NCBI RefSeq assembly: GCF_006345805.1
Contig: NC_042999.1
Coordinates: 124,496,001-124,560,000 of the forward strand
From: Octopus sinensis
Taxonomy: Eukaryota
Direction: 5' to 3'
Length of the DNA stretch: 64,000 nucleotides
A program made the translations under genes and the position numbers. The notes beneath the pieces were generated by a model that searched no databases, had not been told where the DNA came from, and saw only the letters and a list, made by a program, of their open reading frames with translations. Shown piece after piece: positions 1-12,659 of this stretch. How positions within the stretch are numbered: position 1 is the first letter of the stretch; each line of letters starts with the position of its first letter.

Positions 1-235
1 ATGACCCTTTCCATGACTTTCATTACCTGATCCAGCAACTTGATAACTCTATAATTATTCATACCTAATGCATACCTTTACCTTTCTTGACTATGGTGCT
101 GCTACACCAGTTATTGGGTATGACTCCTTGTATCACCTGATCGACTATACAGGTGACTAGACTATAGCTACACCACCAGATATTTTTGTGGTGATTCCTG
201 ATCTTCATACCCTTAATTGCTTTATCTACCAAGGT
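1..235 (-). mobile_element. Degraded internal RT fragment of the RTE LINE family
   Basis: Aligns by eye, in the same orientation and with substitutions and deletions, to about 50012-50290 of the intact minus-strand RTE (e.g. gctacaccagttattgggtatgac vs gctacaccagtcattgggtatgac). Confidence 0.8.
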
Positions 236-285
236 ACTGCCTATTTAGATAGCTGGTACCTCTGTTGAGTCGACATTTTGCAATA

Positions 286-497
286 CAGTAATCCTTCAAC
301 TATTATGGGTGTTAGATTCCAAAATCTCACACAAAAATAAATAAAATCTAAAAAAATATAAATACCTCTTGGTTGCAGAAACCCAGATATACGGAGGAGT
401 CCACAATAGGTGAACTGCAATGTACTGACTGTGTGATAAGTGAACTGCAATGTAATGAGTGGCGATAGCTGAACCGCGATATGGCAAGAGATTACTG
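286..497. mobile_element. pogo/Tigger-type (Tc1/mariner superfamily) MITE
   Basis: TA|CAGTAATCCTTC at the left end and AAGAGATTACTG|TA at the right end form terminal inverted repeats with a TA duplication; no coding capacity. Confidence 0.7.
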
Positions 498-541
498 TAT
501 TATATGCAAATATATATATTGTATATTTATATGTGTGTTTG

Positions 542-634
<93 letters not shown>

Positions 635-635
<1 letters not shown>

Positions 636-905
636 GGCACAGGCGTGGCTGTGTGATAAGAAGTTTGCTTCCCAACCACATGGTTCCAGGTTCGGTCCTA
701 CTGTGTGGCACCTTGGGCAAGTGTCTTCTATTATAGCTTCAGGCTGACCAAAGCCTTGTGAGTGGATTTGGTAGACGGAAGCTGGTTTGGCAAAGAGACC
801 TATAGAACAAGTACAACGCTTATTTTTTCAACTAGCACCTTTTAAAGTGGTGCTCCAGTATAGCCACAGTCAAATGACTGAAACAAGTAAATGAATAAAA
901 GAATT
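635..905 (+). mobile_element. tRNA-derived SINE, family A (internally deleted)
   Basis: Head ggcacaggcgtggctgtgtgataag...ggttcggtcc, body ccttgggcaagtgtcttc, tail gactgaaacaagtaa. Many more copies occur in the window. Confidence 0.85.
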
Positions 906-966
906 AAAGAATATATATATATTTATATATATACATATACCTATATTTATTATGATTGCTATTTTC

Positions 967-1399
967 CAGTAAATATCGGTGCCTCGTTGTACCATTTATT
1001 TACTTTTATATGTATAATTTTACCCTTATGGGCTATCTTTTACTGGAAAGCAATACTTTTGTATTGCATTATTATTTTCATTGAAACTTCTTCACTGTTA
1101 TCATTCTGTTAACGTTTTGGCATTCAGACGAGTGTACTGGCATAGATGTGGCAACATATGAAATTTTGTCCAGGTAAATGCAGCTGATGAAGACAAATTA
1201 AATCTACATTGTCAAACGTATTTGAAGAGTCTGAAACCGGTACTGCATTATCCAATTCTAGGTTTTTCCATTTTTCAGATGTTCTTCCTAGAGGTAAGAC
1301 AAATTTTTTTCATGTTTGTTGCACACCCTCGTCTTTGCTAGTATATACGCAGTAAATATCGGTGCCTCGTTGTACCATTTATTTACTTTTATATGTATA
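967..1399 (+). mobile_element. Hammerhead-bearing repeat unit (Penelope-like pseudo-LTR or retrozyme monomer)
   Basis: An identical 50-bp direct repeat (cagtaaatatcggtgcctcgttgtaccatttatttacttttatatgtata) occurs at 967 and 1350 (period 383 bp) and brackets a hammerhead motif. Confidence 0.55.
1177..1249 (+). ncRNA. Type I minimal hammerhead ribozyme
   Basis: Stem I AATGCAG/CTGCATT, core CTGATGA (1184-1190), stem II AGAC/GTCT, GAAA (1233-1236), palindromic CCGG mini stem III, GUA cleavage triplet (cut after 1242). Confidence 0.85.
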
Positions 1400-1447
1400 T
1401 ATATATATATATGTCTTCGTCTTTTGTTTGTTTTTTTCATAAACTCT

Positions 1448-1508
<61 letters not shown>

Positions 1509-1549
1509 TACACATACATACATATATATATATATATATGCATACACAT

Positions 1550-2168
1550 GGAAATGACTAGAGACCGAGACCTATGGAAGTATGCTGTGCATGAGAAGAC
1601 CCGGCAAGACTAGTGAGAACATAACCTGTGGCCTACATACCTTTCCTTCTTGGGATACAAAACTCCACTTGTGAAGACCTGTTGAGGCAAGTGAAAATCA
1701 AAATCAAAATCAAAATCAAATCAGATATCAGAAAGCAGAACCAAAATCGAAGTCGATCAACATCAATGGAAATTGCAGTTGTGGTGCCAGTGCCAGTGAC
1801 AACTAAGCGAACCATCCGATCGTGGCCGTTGCCAGCGCCGCCCCGACTGGCCTCCGTGCCGGTGGCACGTAAAAGCACCATCCGTTCATGGCCGTTGCCA
1901 GCCTCGCCTGGCCCCCGTGCCGGTGGCACGTAAAAAGCACCATCCGACCGTGGCCGTTTGCCAGCTCTGTCTGGCACTTGTGCGGGTGACACATAAAAAG
2001 CACCCACTACACTCACGGAGTGGTTGGCGTTAGGAAGGGCATCCAGCCGTAGAAACACTGCCAGATCAGACTGGGCCTGATGCAGCCTTCTGGCTTCACA
2101 GACCCCAGTTGAACCGTCCAACCCATGCTAGCATGGAAAGCAGACGCTAAATGATGATGATGATGATG
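1550..2168 (+). mobile_element. 5'-truncated RTE LINE (ORF end, 3' UTR, (GAT)n tail)
   Basis: Matches about 45493-45556 of the plus RTE (gagaagacccggcaagactag), followed by 3' UTR modules and gacgctaaatgatgatg. Confidence 0.9.
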
Positions 2169-2324
2169 TATTTATGTGTATTTTGTAATGTATATATCAA
2201 GTGATCCCATGTTACCAAGCTACTATTTGCACTGATCACTATTCATTAGGATGCTTAAGCCATACATTTTCTTTCTGTCTCTCTCCCACTCTCACTCTCT
2301 CTTCTCTCTCTCTCACTCTCACAT

Positions 2325-2357
<33 letters not shown>

Positions 2358-2800
2358 TGCCTCACTTTGTCCGTCACTCTAACACAGAAAAATACACTCA
2401 TGAAACACCCAAATATTATACAGAGCTGGTCTTAACATAAATAAACTCTTCCCATCAGTATTGGTTTCCTTTTCATGTTATCTCTGTTTAACTATTAATT
2501 TATCTAGCGATCTACCAATTTATTTGCCTATTCTTCTGTCAGTCCACCAACCCATCTTTCTACCTACCTACCTGACCACCAATCCACATGTTTACCTATC
2601 TACTCTTGTATTCATCTACTGATCATTCTACCTATCTATCTAATGAGTTATCTGCTCAGTTATCTTTCAAACTGTCTATGTACCTTTCAATCTATTTACC
2701 TTCTGACCTTTTTATCAAAGTATATATCTACCTATCTACTTGTCTACCTGTCTACCAGCCTACCTATCTACCTGCTTACATATCTCTCTTTCTTTGTCTA

Positions 2801-2846
<46 letters not shown>

Positions 2847-2876
2847 CCTACATACCTACCTACCTACCTACCTACC

Positions 2877-2961
<85 letters not shown>

Positions 2962-2965
<4 letters not shown>

Positions 2966-3265
2966 GATATTTTATAAAATTCACTCTCTGTATGTGTGTG
3001 TGAGTTTCCTCTATGCACAGCCAAACCGCTGGATCAATTTGTACCAAATTTGGCATGAAGGTTTTTCATTACTCAGGGAAGATTCAAGTATATACATATA
3101 TATACCTGAGTAAACACATAAATGTGAAACAAGGTGGAAAAAAAGAGTACTCAAATACCAGAGGTAGAGTAATATGCTTTATTTAAAAGCACTAGAATAT
3201 TCCCCGAGTAGTGAAAAACCTTCTTACCAAATTTAGTACAAATTGATCCAGCGGTTTGGCCGTGC

Positions 3266-3267
<2 letters not shown>
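2962..3267. mobile_element. Two inverted Helitron-like 5' fragments around a short dispersed repeat
   Basis: The left part starts a|TC(tgatatttttataaaa). Arms at about 3013-3089 and 3191-3267 are reverse complements. The spacer 3105-3191 recurs at 57192-57280. Confidence 0.45.
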
Positions 3268-3298
<31 letters not shown>

Positions 3299-4070
3299 AA
3301 TATATATATAGCGGCGTACGTACACTTTGTTCTCTTATATGTAAGTGCACATTTTACAAAATCTTGTACGATTCTATTTCTATCAGCCTTTCACGCTTAT
3401 TCATTCATTCCGCTCTTCGTTTTTTCGTTCCCCCTCTCACACATTTCTTTGCCTTCTCTTCTTACTCTCTTTCCCTCCACTTTTCACTTCACTGTGTCCC
3501 TGTCATTTTTCTCGCTTCTCCTTAATTCTTCTGTCCCTCTGCTTCTACTTCGCTCTCTTATCTTCCCACATGACCAATCGGCCAGCCTGCTCTTTTTTTC
3601 TTGGTCTAACCATGATCCATGCAACATCGATATTATTCCCTGTGTTTGTGAAATTTTTGTATCTCTGCCGTAAGGCTTCATTTCCACACACGCCAGCTTA
3701 ATTCAATTCATTCTTAGTCGAAAGACACCTGTTGTTATGTCCTGTTACTATTTTTATTGTATTTTGTATTGAATTTTATATTTGTGTAACATTGTCTGTT
3801 TTTCCCGTCCTTGTTTATGTATACATTTGCTGCTTTCTTCCAAGGAATCTAATGCTCTTAGCCTAGTTTTTCCTTGGGGCTGGCCAGATTGCAGCAATCT
3901 CAAGAATAATCAGCCGAAATTGCGAGGATAATCTGGTTCTTGATTGAAGATAGAAAACTTCAAATGACCTGTCCTTGTTTTCTTGTATCATCTATCTGGA
4001 TGTTTTGTTGTCCCTTTTTGTATCACCTAGTTGTCCGGATATTTTGCATTCTTGTCCCATTTTGTATTTT

Positions 4071-4123
<53 letters not shown>

Positions 4124-4204
4124 AATATATATATAAAATATTATCAACTGAATTTAAATAACCTTAAAAAAATTGAAATATTGCTAAACATATCATTTCA
4201 ATAT

Positions 4205-4960
4205 TCTTCTTCTTCTTCTTGCCCCTTGTGGATATAGGACCTCAATAGTTGTTTTCCATTTTTTGCGGTCATTGGTGTGTTTCTTGGCTGCTTCCCATGT
4301 CAGGCCGGTGGTCCTGAGCTCGTCCAAAATGCTCCGCTTCCATGTCTGCCTCGGGCATCCTCTCTTCCTTTTCCCCTGCAGGTTCCAGTCAAGTGCTTGT
4401 CATGTCAGATTTGATGGTTCTTTCCGCAGTGTGTGTCCGATCTATCTCCATTTCCTTCATCTAATCTGAACATGTATGGCACCTGGTCAGTGTTTGACAG
4501 AAACTTCATGGCGAGTGGGCTTCAGGGTCAGCCGGGAAAAGACAAAAGTGCTGCGTACCAACAACAAGCAGGAAGAGCCAATCACAATCGAGGGGGCACC
4601 TGTGGAGGACGTTAGTGAGTTTGTCTATCTTGGTAGCAAGATCAGCAAATCAGGTGGATCAGACAAGGACATCATGGCAAGAAGCAAGAAGGCTTGGCAA
4701 ACTTTTGTTATTCTTCAGCTGGTATGGAAGTCCACTGCCATCTTGACCCAAACTAAACTCCGCTTATTTAGTTCAAATGTAAAATCTGTGCTTTTGTATG
4801 GCTCTGAAACATGGAGAGCCACCTGCAGCAACTACAAGAAGATCCAGACCTTCATCAACAAATGTCTCCGGCAGATTCTCCATCTGAAGTAGTTCGACAG
4901 AGTGCCAAACACCGACCTGTGGGAAAGGTCCAACCAGGAGCCTATACATGTTCAGATCAG
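4205..4960 (-). mobile_element. RTE-clade LINE (second family) with 5' inversion
   Basis: 4478-4960 (+) encodes RT C-terminal motifs (EFVYLGS, LLYGSETW). 4205-4477 (-) encodes the ORF end (IGHTLRK, KRGCPRQTW) and a (GAA)n tail. Probable TSD ttcaatat/ttcaacat. Confidence 0.85.
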
Positions 4961-5627
4961 TTCAACATGTAGGTACTAAAATATCTTGTTCCCAATTCCT
5001 TGGATCATTCTGAATCCATGGCAGCAAACACAACCTCAATAAGATCCATAGTTTTGTCTTCATCATAGAACAGAGGCAAAGAGAAAATGTAATGAATTAC
5101 ATGCGTGTGTGTGTGTGTGTGTACCTGCATACATACATACATACATACATACATACATACATACATACATACATACTACATACATACATACATACATACA
5201 TGTTTACATGTGTGTATGCATTAAAATATGGACAAACACAAGAGAAGTTGAAATATCAGAATAATCACTACAACTTCTTTGAATATAAATGGACTTTACA
5301 AAAGATCTCTAAGAATCAGAGTTGGAAACAAAATCAATATTTAAATTCAGTTTATGAAAGTGAGAATTTCTACTGATAATGGTGAAATAAAATTGCTTTT
5401 TTTTATATCAATATTCCAGATAAGTTATATATTTTTACCCACTTGTAGCATTCATAGAGTTCTTTAAGATGTCTTTTATACAAAGAAATACAGTCTGTTA
5501 GTCAAATGTATTTTAACATTGTCAATGTGTGTATGTGTACTTGCATGTATATGTTTGCTTGTATACATACATGTGTGAGTGAGTATATTTATATATATAT
5601 GTATGTATGTATGTATATATATTTATG

Positions 5628-5665
<38 letters not shown>

Positions 5666-6599
5666 TATGAATGTATGTATGTGTGTGTGTGTGTGTGTGA
5701 GACTGTGTGTGTATGAAGGACTTCATACATATACCATATGGGAATGTTTAATGTTTTGGTTGGATAATTTTAAGTTCCTGTTGTTGTTATTCACCATACT
5801 GTCTTATCAGAAAATGAACTTGGCAGTTTAGCAGTGTGAGAATCTGTCAATCAAAGAACGTAAAGGATCCTCATCTGTTTTCCCAATACCCTCCTTTCAG
5901 CAAGAAAAGAAACATTGATAAACAAAAACAAAAATTCGTCTTATTCTATTTATAGTAAAGTTTAATATAACTAGAATAGTTTTCAGATAACTTCAGCATA
6001 AAAGTTCTGATCACACAGTTTTTTTTAAGGAAAGAAAACATAATAATAATATGAATTAGGTATTTTCTTTCAACTGCTCAACCACATGACCAGTCAGGAA
6101 AGTAAGCTTGAAAATAGTAAAATGAAGTGGCTCAGCAAATGATAGTGTAGCTGTGATATAGCTTTTAGAATACTCTCAATGGATTCTTCACTTGAACGAG
6201 TCAATGATTTGTGACTAAGGGTATTCAACCATCATGACAGCACTGAGAACATATGTAATAAATATTTCATTGAACTGCTAGCCATAGTACTTTGACTGTT
6301 GATTTTGCCAAATGGTATCTCAGTGAAGGTTCTTCTTTTAATGCACTTTGACAAAATTCTCTGCCAATCATCAGTAAATAAACTAAGAACTTGTATCTAT
6401 CTCTATGTACTAGTCAATCAATCGATCAATGGCTATATATAGGTGCAGCATGGATATCTGGTTAAGACGTTCACTCCCCAACACCTTGTGGTTTGTGGTG
6501 CTGTTTACCTGCGCATCACCTTGGGCAAGAGTTTTTTCACTATAATTCTAGGCCACTCAACTCAATACCTTGAGAATGAATTTCATAGACAGAATCTGT

Positions 6600-7265
6600 C
6601 TTAAGCCTATTGTGTATGAGTGTGTATGTATGTGTGTGTGTATGCATACACACATATGTATACATGCACACACACACACAGACATACATGAATGCATGTT
6701 TATGTGTATGTGTGTATATATATATATATATGCATGCATGCATACATACATGCATATGTACATACTATCACATGTACGTGCATACATGTTTATGTGTATG
6801 TGTGTGTGTGTATATATATATATATTATGTATATATGTGTGTGTGTATATATATATATTATGTATATATGTGTGTGTGTATATATATGTATGCATGCATA
6901 CATACATACATACATGCATATGTACATACTATCATATGTACGTGCATACATACATACATACATATATACATACATCTATCCATCCATCCATACATACATA
7001 CATACATCCATACATACATACATCTATCCATCCATCCATCCATCCATCCATACATACATACATACATACATACATCCATACATACATACATCTATCCATC
7101 CATCCATCCATACACACATACATACATACATACATCCAGCCAGCCATCCATACATACATACATACATACATACATACATACATGCATACATACATACATA
7201 CATACATACATACATACATACATACATACATACATACATGTATGTATGTATGTATGTATGTATGT
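6600..7265. repeat. Compound (CATA)n/(CATC)n/(TG)n microsatellite
   Basis: Direct inspection; it accounts for the many spurious HTYI/MYVC ORFs. Confidence 0.95.
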
Positions 7266-7704
7266 TTGTTTACATTTAAGCAAAAAAAAAAGAAGCTCTT
7301 ACTCAGTTTCATGTAACCAATCACCAGACATCAGATGTGTAGTTTTTCAGCCTCAAGAAAATCTTATGTTTGACTATACCTTTGGAAATTCTAGTACTAT
7401 TTCCTCTGCCATGTTATGAACTTATGTGTCTCTATGTATGTGTAATGTGTGTATGTTTATCTGCTTGTCTATATGTATGCTTTTAGTTGTTTAATTTCAA
7501 GTTGGCCTTTATTGAGCAGATGTTTACTTTTTACCTAGTGTGTCTTACACTATAGCGTTTCCTTCCTTTCTCTTTCAGGATTGAAGGATATGAAGGAGAT
7601 TTGGTTGCTATTTCTACCAACCTGTGTAACCACATAGAGGCTCACTTAATGGTTTCATTGTTTTCAATATTCCAGTTTGGTGTTTGCTATTTTGTTTCAC
7701 TATT

Positions 7705-8115
7705 GTAATGCTGGCATAGGTTGGACAGCTTGACTGAGGACTGGTGAGCCATAGGCTGCACCAGGCTCAATCTGATCTAGCAAAGTTTCTACAGCTGGAT
7801 GCCCTTCCTAACACCAACCACTCCAAGACTGTAGTGGGTGCTCTTACGTGCCACCAGCACAAGGGCCAGTCAGGCAGTACTGGCAATGACCATGCTCAAA
7901 AGGTGATTTTTACGTGTTTTCTGCTCAGGAGCCAGTCCGGTGGCACTGGCAACAACCAAGCTTGACTATTGTTTTTTCACATGCCACCGGCACATGTGCC
8001 AGTAAGGTGATGCAGGCAACGATCACGCTCAAATGGTGCTTTTTATGTGCCACCGGCATGGGAGCCAATCCGTGGCCCTGGCAATGATCACGATCGAATG
8101 GTGCTTTGAGCAGGA
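7705..8115 (-). mobile_element. Degraded RTE 3' UTR fragment
   Basis: Reverse complement of the family tail (gtttctacagctggatgcccttcc) with decayed gtgccacc modules. Confidence 0.75.
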
Positions 8116-8414
8116 CTGACTGGGCAGACTAATGATTAGATGGAAAACTAATTGAAACATCATTGTTTCAAATAATATCACTGGCCTTGCCTTTTGTCTA
8201 TGTCCAAGACAATTTACTTTCATATAATTCAGTGTACATACTTATATATGTACACTGATATAAAAGATCCAACAATAGTAAGTTAGCACTATAGACAAGT
8301 CACGACAGTAGATAATTCACAACCTACTTTGTGTTTACAGTATTTTGGTTTCAGCGTTTCACCTGTACATATGTTTCAAATTTTCATAAATACTATTTGC
8401 TACTTTGCTAGTAG

Positions 8415-9687
8415 GCAGCACTGGATTAACCATTAAGAAAAAAATAAGCATATACTTAAGGCATCAAGGGAAAGTGGAGCACCACAGAAATGGTAAATGG
8501 TTTACAGCCCAAAAGAAATCACATCAAATTTGATAAAATAAACATTATTGAGTGTACCTTTCAAAATGTAGATATTGTCTTTTGTATATTTTTAACATTA
8601 ATGGTCACAAATTGCTCAGCTGAGCATTCATTTTCTCAGTTGAAGTATATTAAAAACCCCATCATAACAACTATGCAACAAGGCAGGCCGGATGCCTTAT
8701 GTCCACTAAGTATAGAAGTAACTGTATTATGTAAAATTAATTTTGAGAATCAGATCAAAGACTTTGCAATTAAAAAAATGTAAGAGAAAACTTTTCAAAC
8801 CTAAACAAAATGACACAAGAGTGTAAGTGCCCTGAGAGAAAAGATGGATTTAAGAAGCATCAGATGTGGTGTGCAAGAGAGATGACTGCACTGGTACGGT
8901 CATGTGTTGCATCTATATGAGGACAGCTGTGTGAAAAAGTATCACACCCTAGCAGTAGAGGGAACCTGTGGAAGAGGTAGACCCAGGAAGACCTGGGATG
9001 TGGGTGAAGCATGACCTTCGAATGTTAGGCCTCATGGAGGTGATGACAAGTGACCAAGACCTTTGGAAATATTCTGTGCTTGAGAAGACCCAGCAAGCCA
9101 AGTGAGACCATAACTGTGGCCTATGCCAGTGTAGCATAACCAGCCTATTTAAGAGTACCCTTCAATCATTGGGTAATAACCTGTGCTTGCAAAGATTTGT
9201 AGTGTCAAGTGAAGTTATCGTTGTGGCTGATGCCAGTATCACCTGACTGCCATGTAAAAAGCATAATTCAAGCATGGTCGATGCCTGTAACACCTGACTG
9301 GCACTCATGCCAGTGGTATGTAAAAAGCACCCACTACACTCTCGGAATGGTTGGCGTTAGGAAGGGCATCCAGCTGTAGAAACCATACCAGATCAGATTG
9401 GAGCCTGGTACAGCCTTCTGGCTTGCCAGTCTTCAGTCAAATGGTCCAACCTATGCCAGCATGGAAAGTGGACATTAAATGACAATGATGATGAGGATGA
9501 TGATGATGATGATGAAGTATACAAAAATAAGCATTATTTTCCATCTTATTGTTAGTTGTGCTTCATTATGAAAAATACAAATTTATTTCATGGATTATTC
9601 TTACTGTTTATATTTTGAATTCTGTGTATGTGGGGGCACCAAAATCTTTTAACTGCTTAGGGCCTCTATGGGTCTTAATCCTGCCTA
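8415..9687 (+). mobile_element. Non-autonomous hAT transposon remnant (C-terminal dimerisation domain) with nested RTE fragment
   Basis: ORF 8490-8783 contains IFLTLMVTNCSAEHSFSQLKYIKN...MQQGR, matching the hAT dimerisation motif. Degenerate TIRs (ggattaa/ttaatcc); possible 8-bp TSD gctagtag/gctagtaa. Confidence 0.65.
8815..9514 (+). mobile_element. 5'-truncated degraded RTE LINE
   Basis: Sequence for the GTCGRGRPRKTW region plus 3' UTR and (GAT)n tail. Confidence 0.85.
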
Positions 9688-10939
9688 GCTAGTAAGTCAT
9701 CATCATCATTGGTGGAAGTGGTGGCAGTGGCATCATTGTCATCGTCATTGTTGTTCTGACATCTACTTTTCTATGCTTGTAGGCATCCAGTGACATTCAC
9801 TGAGGCAGATTTTCTATGGCAGTATGGTTCTCTTTGTTATCAACTCTTATCTTATTTCCAAGAAAGGTAATATTTCCCATAGTCTGGACATATTTTCTCA
9901 GAAACTTGCTAACAAAACATTACCATTTGTGTGTTAGTGGAAACTGTTGGTAACTAGCATGTGATGCCAAGACACAGAGACACACAAACAAGGCAATAGT
10001 ACCACCCTACCCCACCAGACTAGGCATGTTTTCATGGAAGGCTGTAAGCAATCATCACTGCTCATATAATGGTAATGTCTTGCTAACAATTAGCATGCAA
10101 TGTCAAGACAAGAACACACATACACACACAAGACATCTTTTACAGTTCTTTCTACTAAAGTCACTCTCAATGTTTTGGTTAGCCTGGGGCTATAGTAGTA
10201 AACACTGTCCAAGGGGCTATGTAGTGGTACTGAACCCACGTGGTTGGGAAATAAACTTCGTAACCATATAATCATGCTTATATGTTTGTGTATATCAATC
10301 TTCCCACCTGAAGATGGGGGTTGGCTTCGCGGTAATATTTATATACATCCACTACTGGTTGCAATCTTTGACATTTAGCACACTCCATCTGCCAATATTA
10401 CAACTATTACATAATTCCAAGTCCCCAGAAACAGCTGTCAGGCCTGAAATGCCATGCTCTCTCTCCCCTTAGCTTTCTATATTTTTTGTACTCCAAGTAA
10501 AATTTGTTCTGTAAATATATAAGCATCTATATGCTTCTACACAAATGTTCATCTGCAAATTTTCAATTGTTGTTCCTCCCTATACATATCCCTGTATATA
10601 TTTAAATATGTATATGTATGCATATTTTAAATACTAAGCCCAAGTGTGTGCATTTACATCAATATCTCCATATCAGTTCACCTAGATTCCTGTTACAGCT
10701 ACTTGTTATTCCACAGACTTAGTCCTTGATAAAGATGTTGGTGTGTAAGTTCAAATTATTTGAATACTACTACATGGTTTTTATATCGAGCATCTCAGGG
10801 TTTCACCTGTTGACTACATGTGTGTGTGTGTGTATGTGCATGCGCACAAGTGTGTATAAAATATATATATATATATATATATATATAATACACACACACA
10901 TGTATATACAGATGGAAGGAGGTATAGACATGTGTAAAA

Positions 10940-11340
10940 GTGTGTGTTTATAATGAACAAAGATGCTGAAGAAAATGGTGATAATGAAGACAATTATGAG
11001 GACAAGGAGGCAGAAGGGAAGGTAGGAGAGGAAGAGGAGAATGATAAAGATAATGATGATGATCACAATGAAATCGTTGAGCAGAAGCAGAAGAAGGAGG
11101 GAAGGGAGAACAAAGAGGAAAGAGATGCCAAGGAAGCTGAAGATGTTGGTCAAAAAGATGGTGAGAATCGACACCTACTACAACAATAACAACAGCAATA
11201 AAGGACATCCATGACAACTACATTGACATCCGCCACGATAAAAACAAAATCATCAGAAATAGCAACAACAACAACAGCAGCAGCAGCAGCTTCAACAACA
11301 ACAACAACAAAGTGTGAGGCTGTCGACGACAACAGCATGT
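10940..11340. repeat. Low-complexity GAR/AAC/AGC trinucleotide region
   Basis: Purine-rich and (caa)/(cag) runs. Confidence 0.8.
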
Positions 11341-11559
11341 AGATCAAACAAAGACAAATGACAGCCTACGAAAGCAATGTCAGTCTGAAATTCAATATTT
11401 ACATTTTATATGTATTCTGAGAATCTTATGTTACTTACTACTTTTATGGTTGCAGATGGTAAATGTTGCACTTAGCTCTTCCACTTTCAAAGTGTCTGGT
11501 TTACACAAGGCTTCATCTATCTGCTCTGTTCTACGTTCTATACTCTGTTATTCAATGTT

Positions 11560-12250
11560 CTGTAGTTTGTATTCTATTTTCTCACTTCCCTGTTCTCTGT
11601 TCTATGTACTCTGTTGTGTGATCTGTGTCTTATATTCTTTTACTGTGTTTTATGTTCAACATTCTATATTCTACAATCTATGTTCTGTGTTCTACATTTT
11701 ATACTCTATATTCTATGATCTATGTTCTGTGTTCTATATTTTATATTCTATGATCTGTGTTCTGTGTTCTATATTCTATATTCTACAATCTGTATTCTGT
11801 GTTCTATATTTTATATTCTATGATCTGTGTTCTGTGTTCTATATTCTATATTCTACAATCTGTATTCTGTGTTCTATATTCTATATTCTATGATCTATGT
11901 CTTGTGTTCTATGTTCTATGTTCTAAATTCAACATTTTATGATCTATGTTCTGTGTTCAATATTCATACTCTACGATCTATATTCTGTATTCTACATTCT
12001 AGATTCTGTGTTCAATATTACCTGTTCTGTTATACTTTCTATATTTTATATTCATATATTCTATATTTTATATTCCATGCTCTACATTCTGTATTTTGTT
12101 GTTTTATGTTCTGCGTTCTATATTCTATGTTCTCCATTCTATATCCTCCATTACATGTTCTATATTCTATATTATGTTGTTCTCTGTTCTATGTTTATAT
12201 TCTATGCTCTGTGTTTTGTGTTCTATGTTCTGTAATTTATATTCTGCTCT
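11560..12250. repeat. Degenerate (TTCTAT/TCTGTG)n satellite-like tract
   Basis: Repeated ttctat/ttctgt/gatct units with a higher-order period of about 60-66 bp around 11700-11900. Confidence 0.85.
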
Positions 12251-12659
12251 TGGTGATAATGATGATAATGATGATGATTACAATGATGACAACAATGATG
12301 GAAATGTGGACAATGATGATGATGTGCCAATGTAAGAAATCGCTATTATTAATCGGTCTTTCAAATTATGATGACAGAAAGGCAGAAATGAAGGATGTGA
12401 TAGGTGTAGAAGGTGAGGGGTGGGGGTATGCTTACTGATTCATTGTGTGTCCCCATGTGTGTGCGTGCATGTGTTTGTGTGTGTTTATGTGAGGGATAGA
12501 GAGCAAAAGAGAGGTAGGTTGGCAAGCTGGTGAGATGTAAGAGGAAGAGATGATAGCATGGTTCCAATATACCATATGCTAGCAGAACTGGGTGCTCAAT
12601 GAATGGATCACTTTGTTTGTATTATAACGATTGTCTTTAACTCAATTAAAAGAAGACCA

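Noticed and set aside
3880-3960. ccagatt...gaaa...aatctgg ribozyme-like stretch in a CT-rich repeat (3340-4070)
   Set aside because: No CUGANGA core on either strand; the element could not be classified.
6540-7419. Long ORFs of up to 269 aa (HTYI/MYVC repeats), and similar ORFs at 241-747, 2588-3113, 15036-15356, 34810-35051, 55594-55843 and 59843-60231
   Set aside because: They are translations of stop-free microsatellites, not genes.
10300-10375. CTGAAGA followed by a possible stem (hammerhead candidate)
   Set aside because: No GAAA core or stem I partner; at best a decayed copy.
10944-11189. Acidic Glu/Asp-rich ORF (also 56475-56678)
   Set aside because: Low-complexity purine-rich repeat without splice or homology support.
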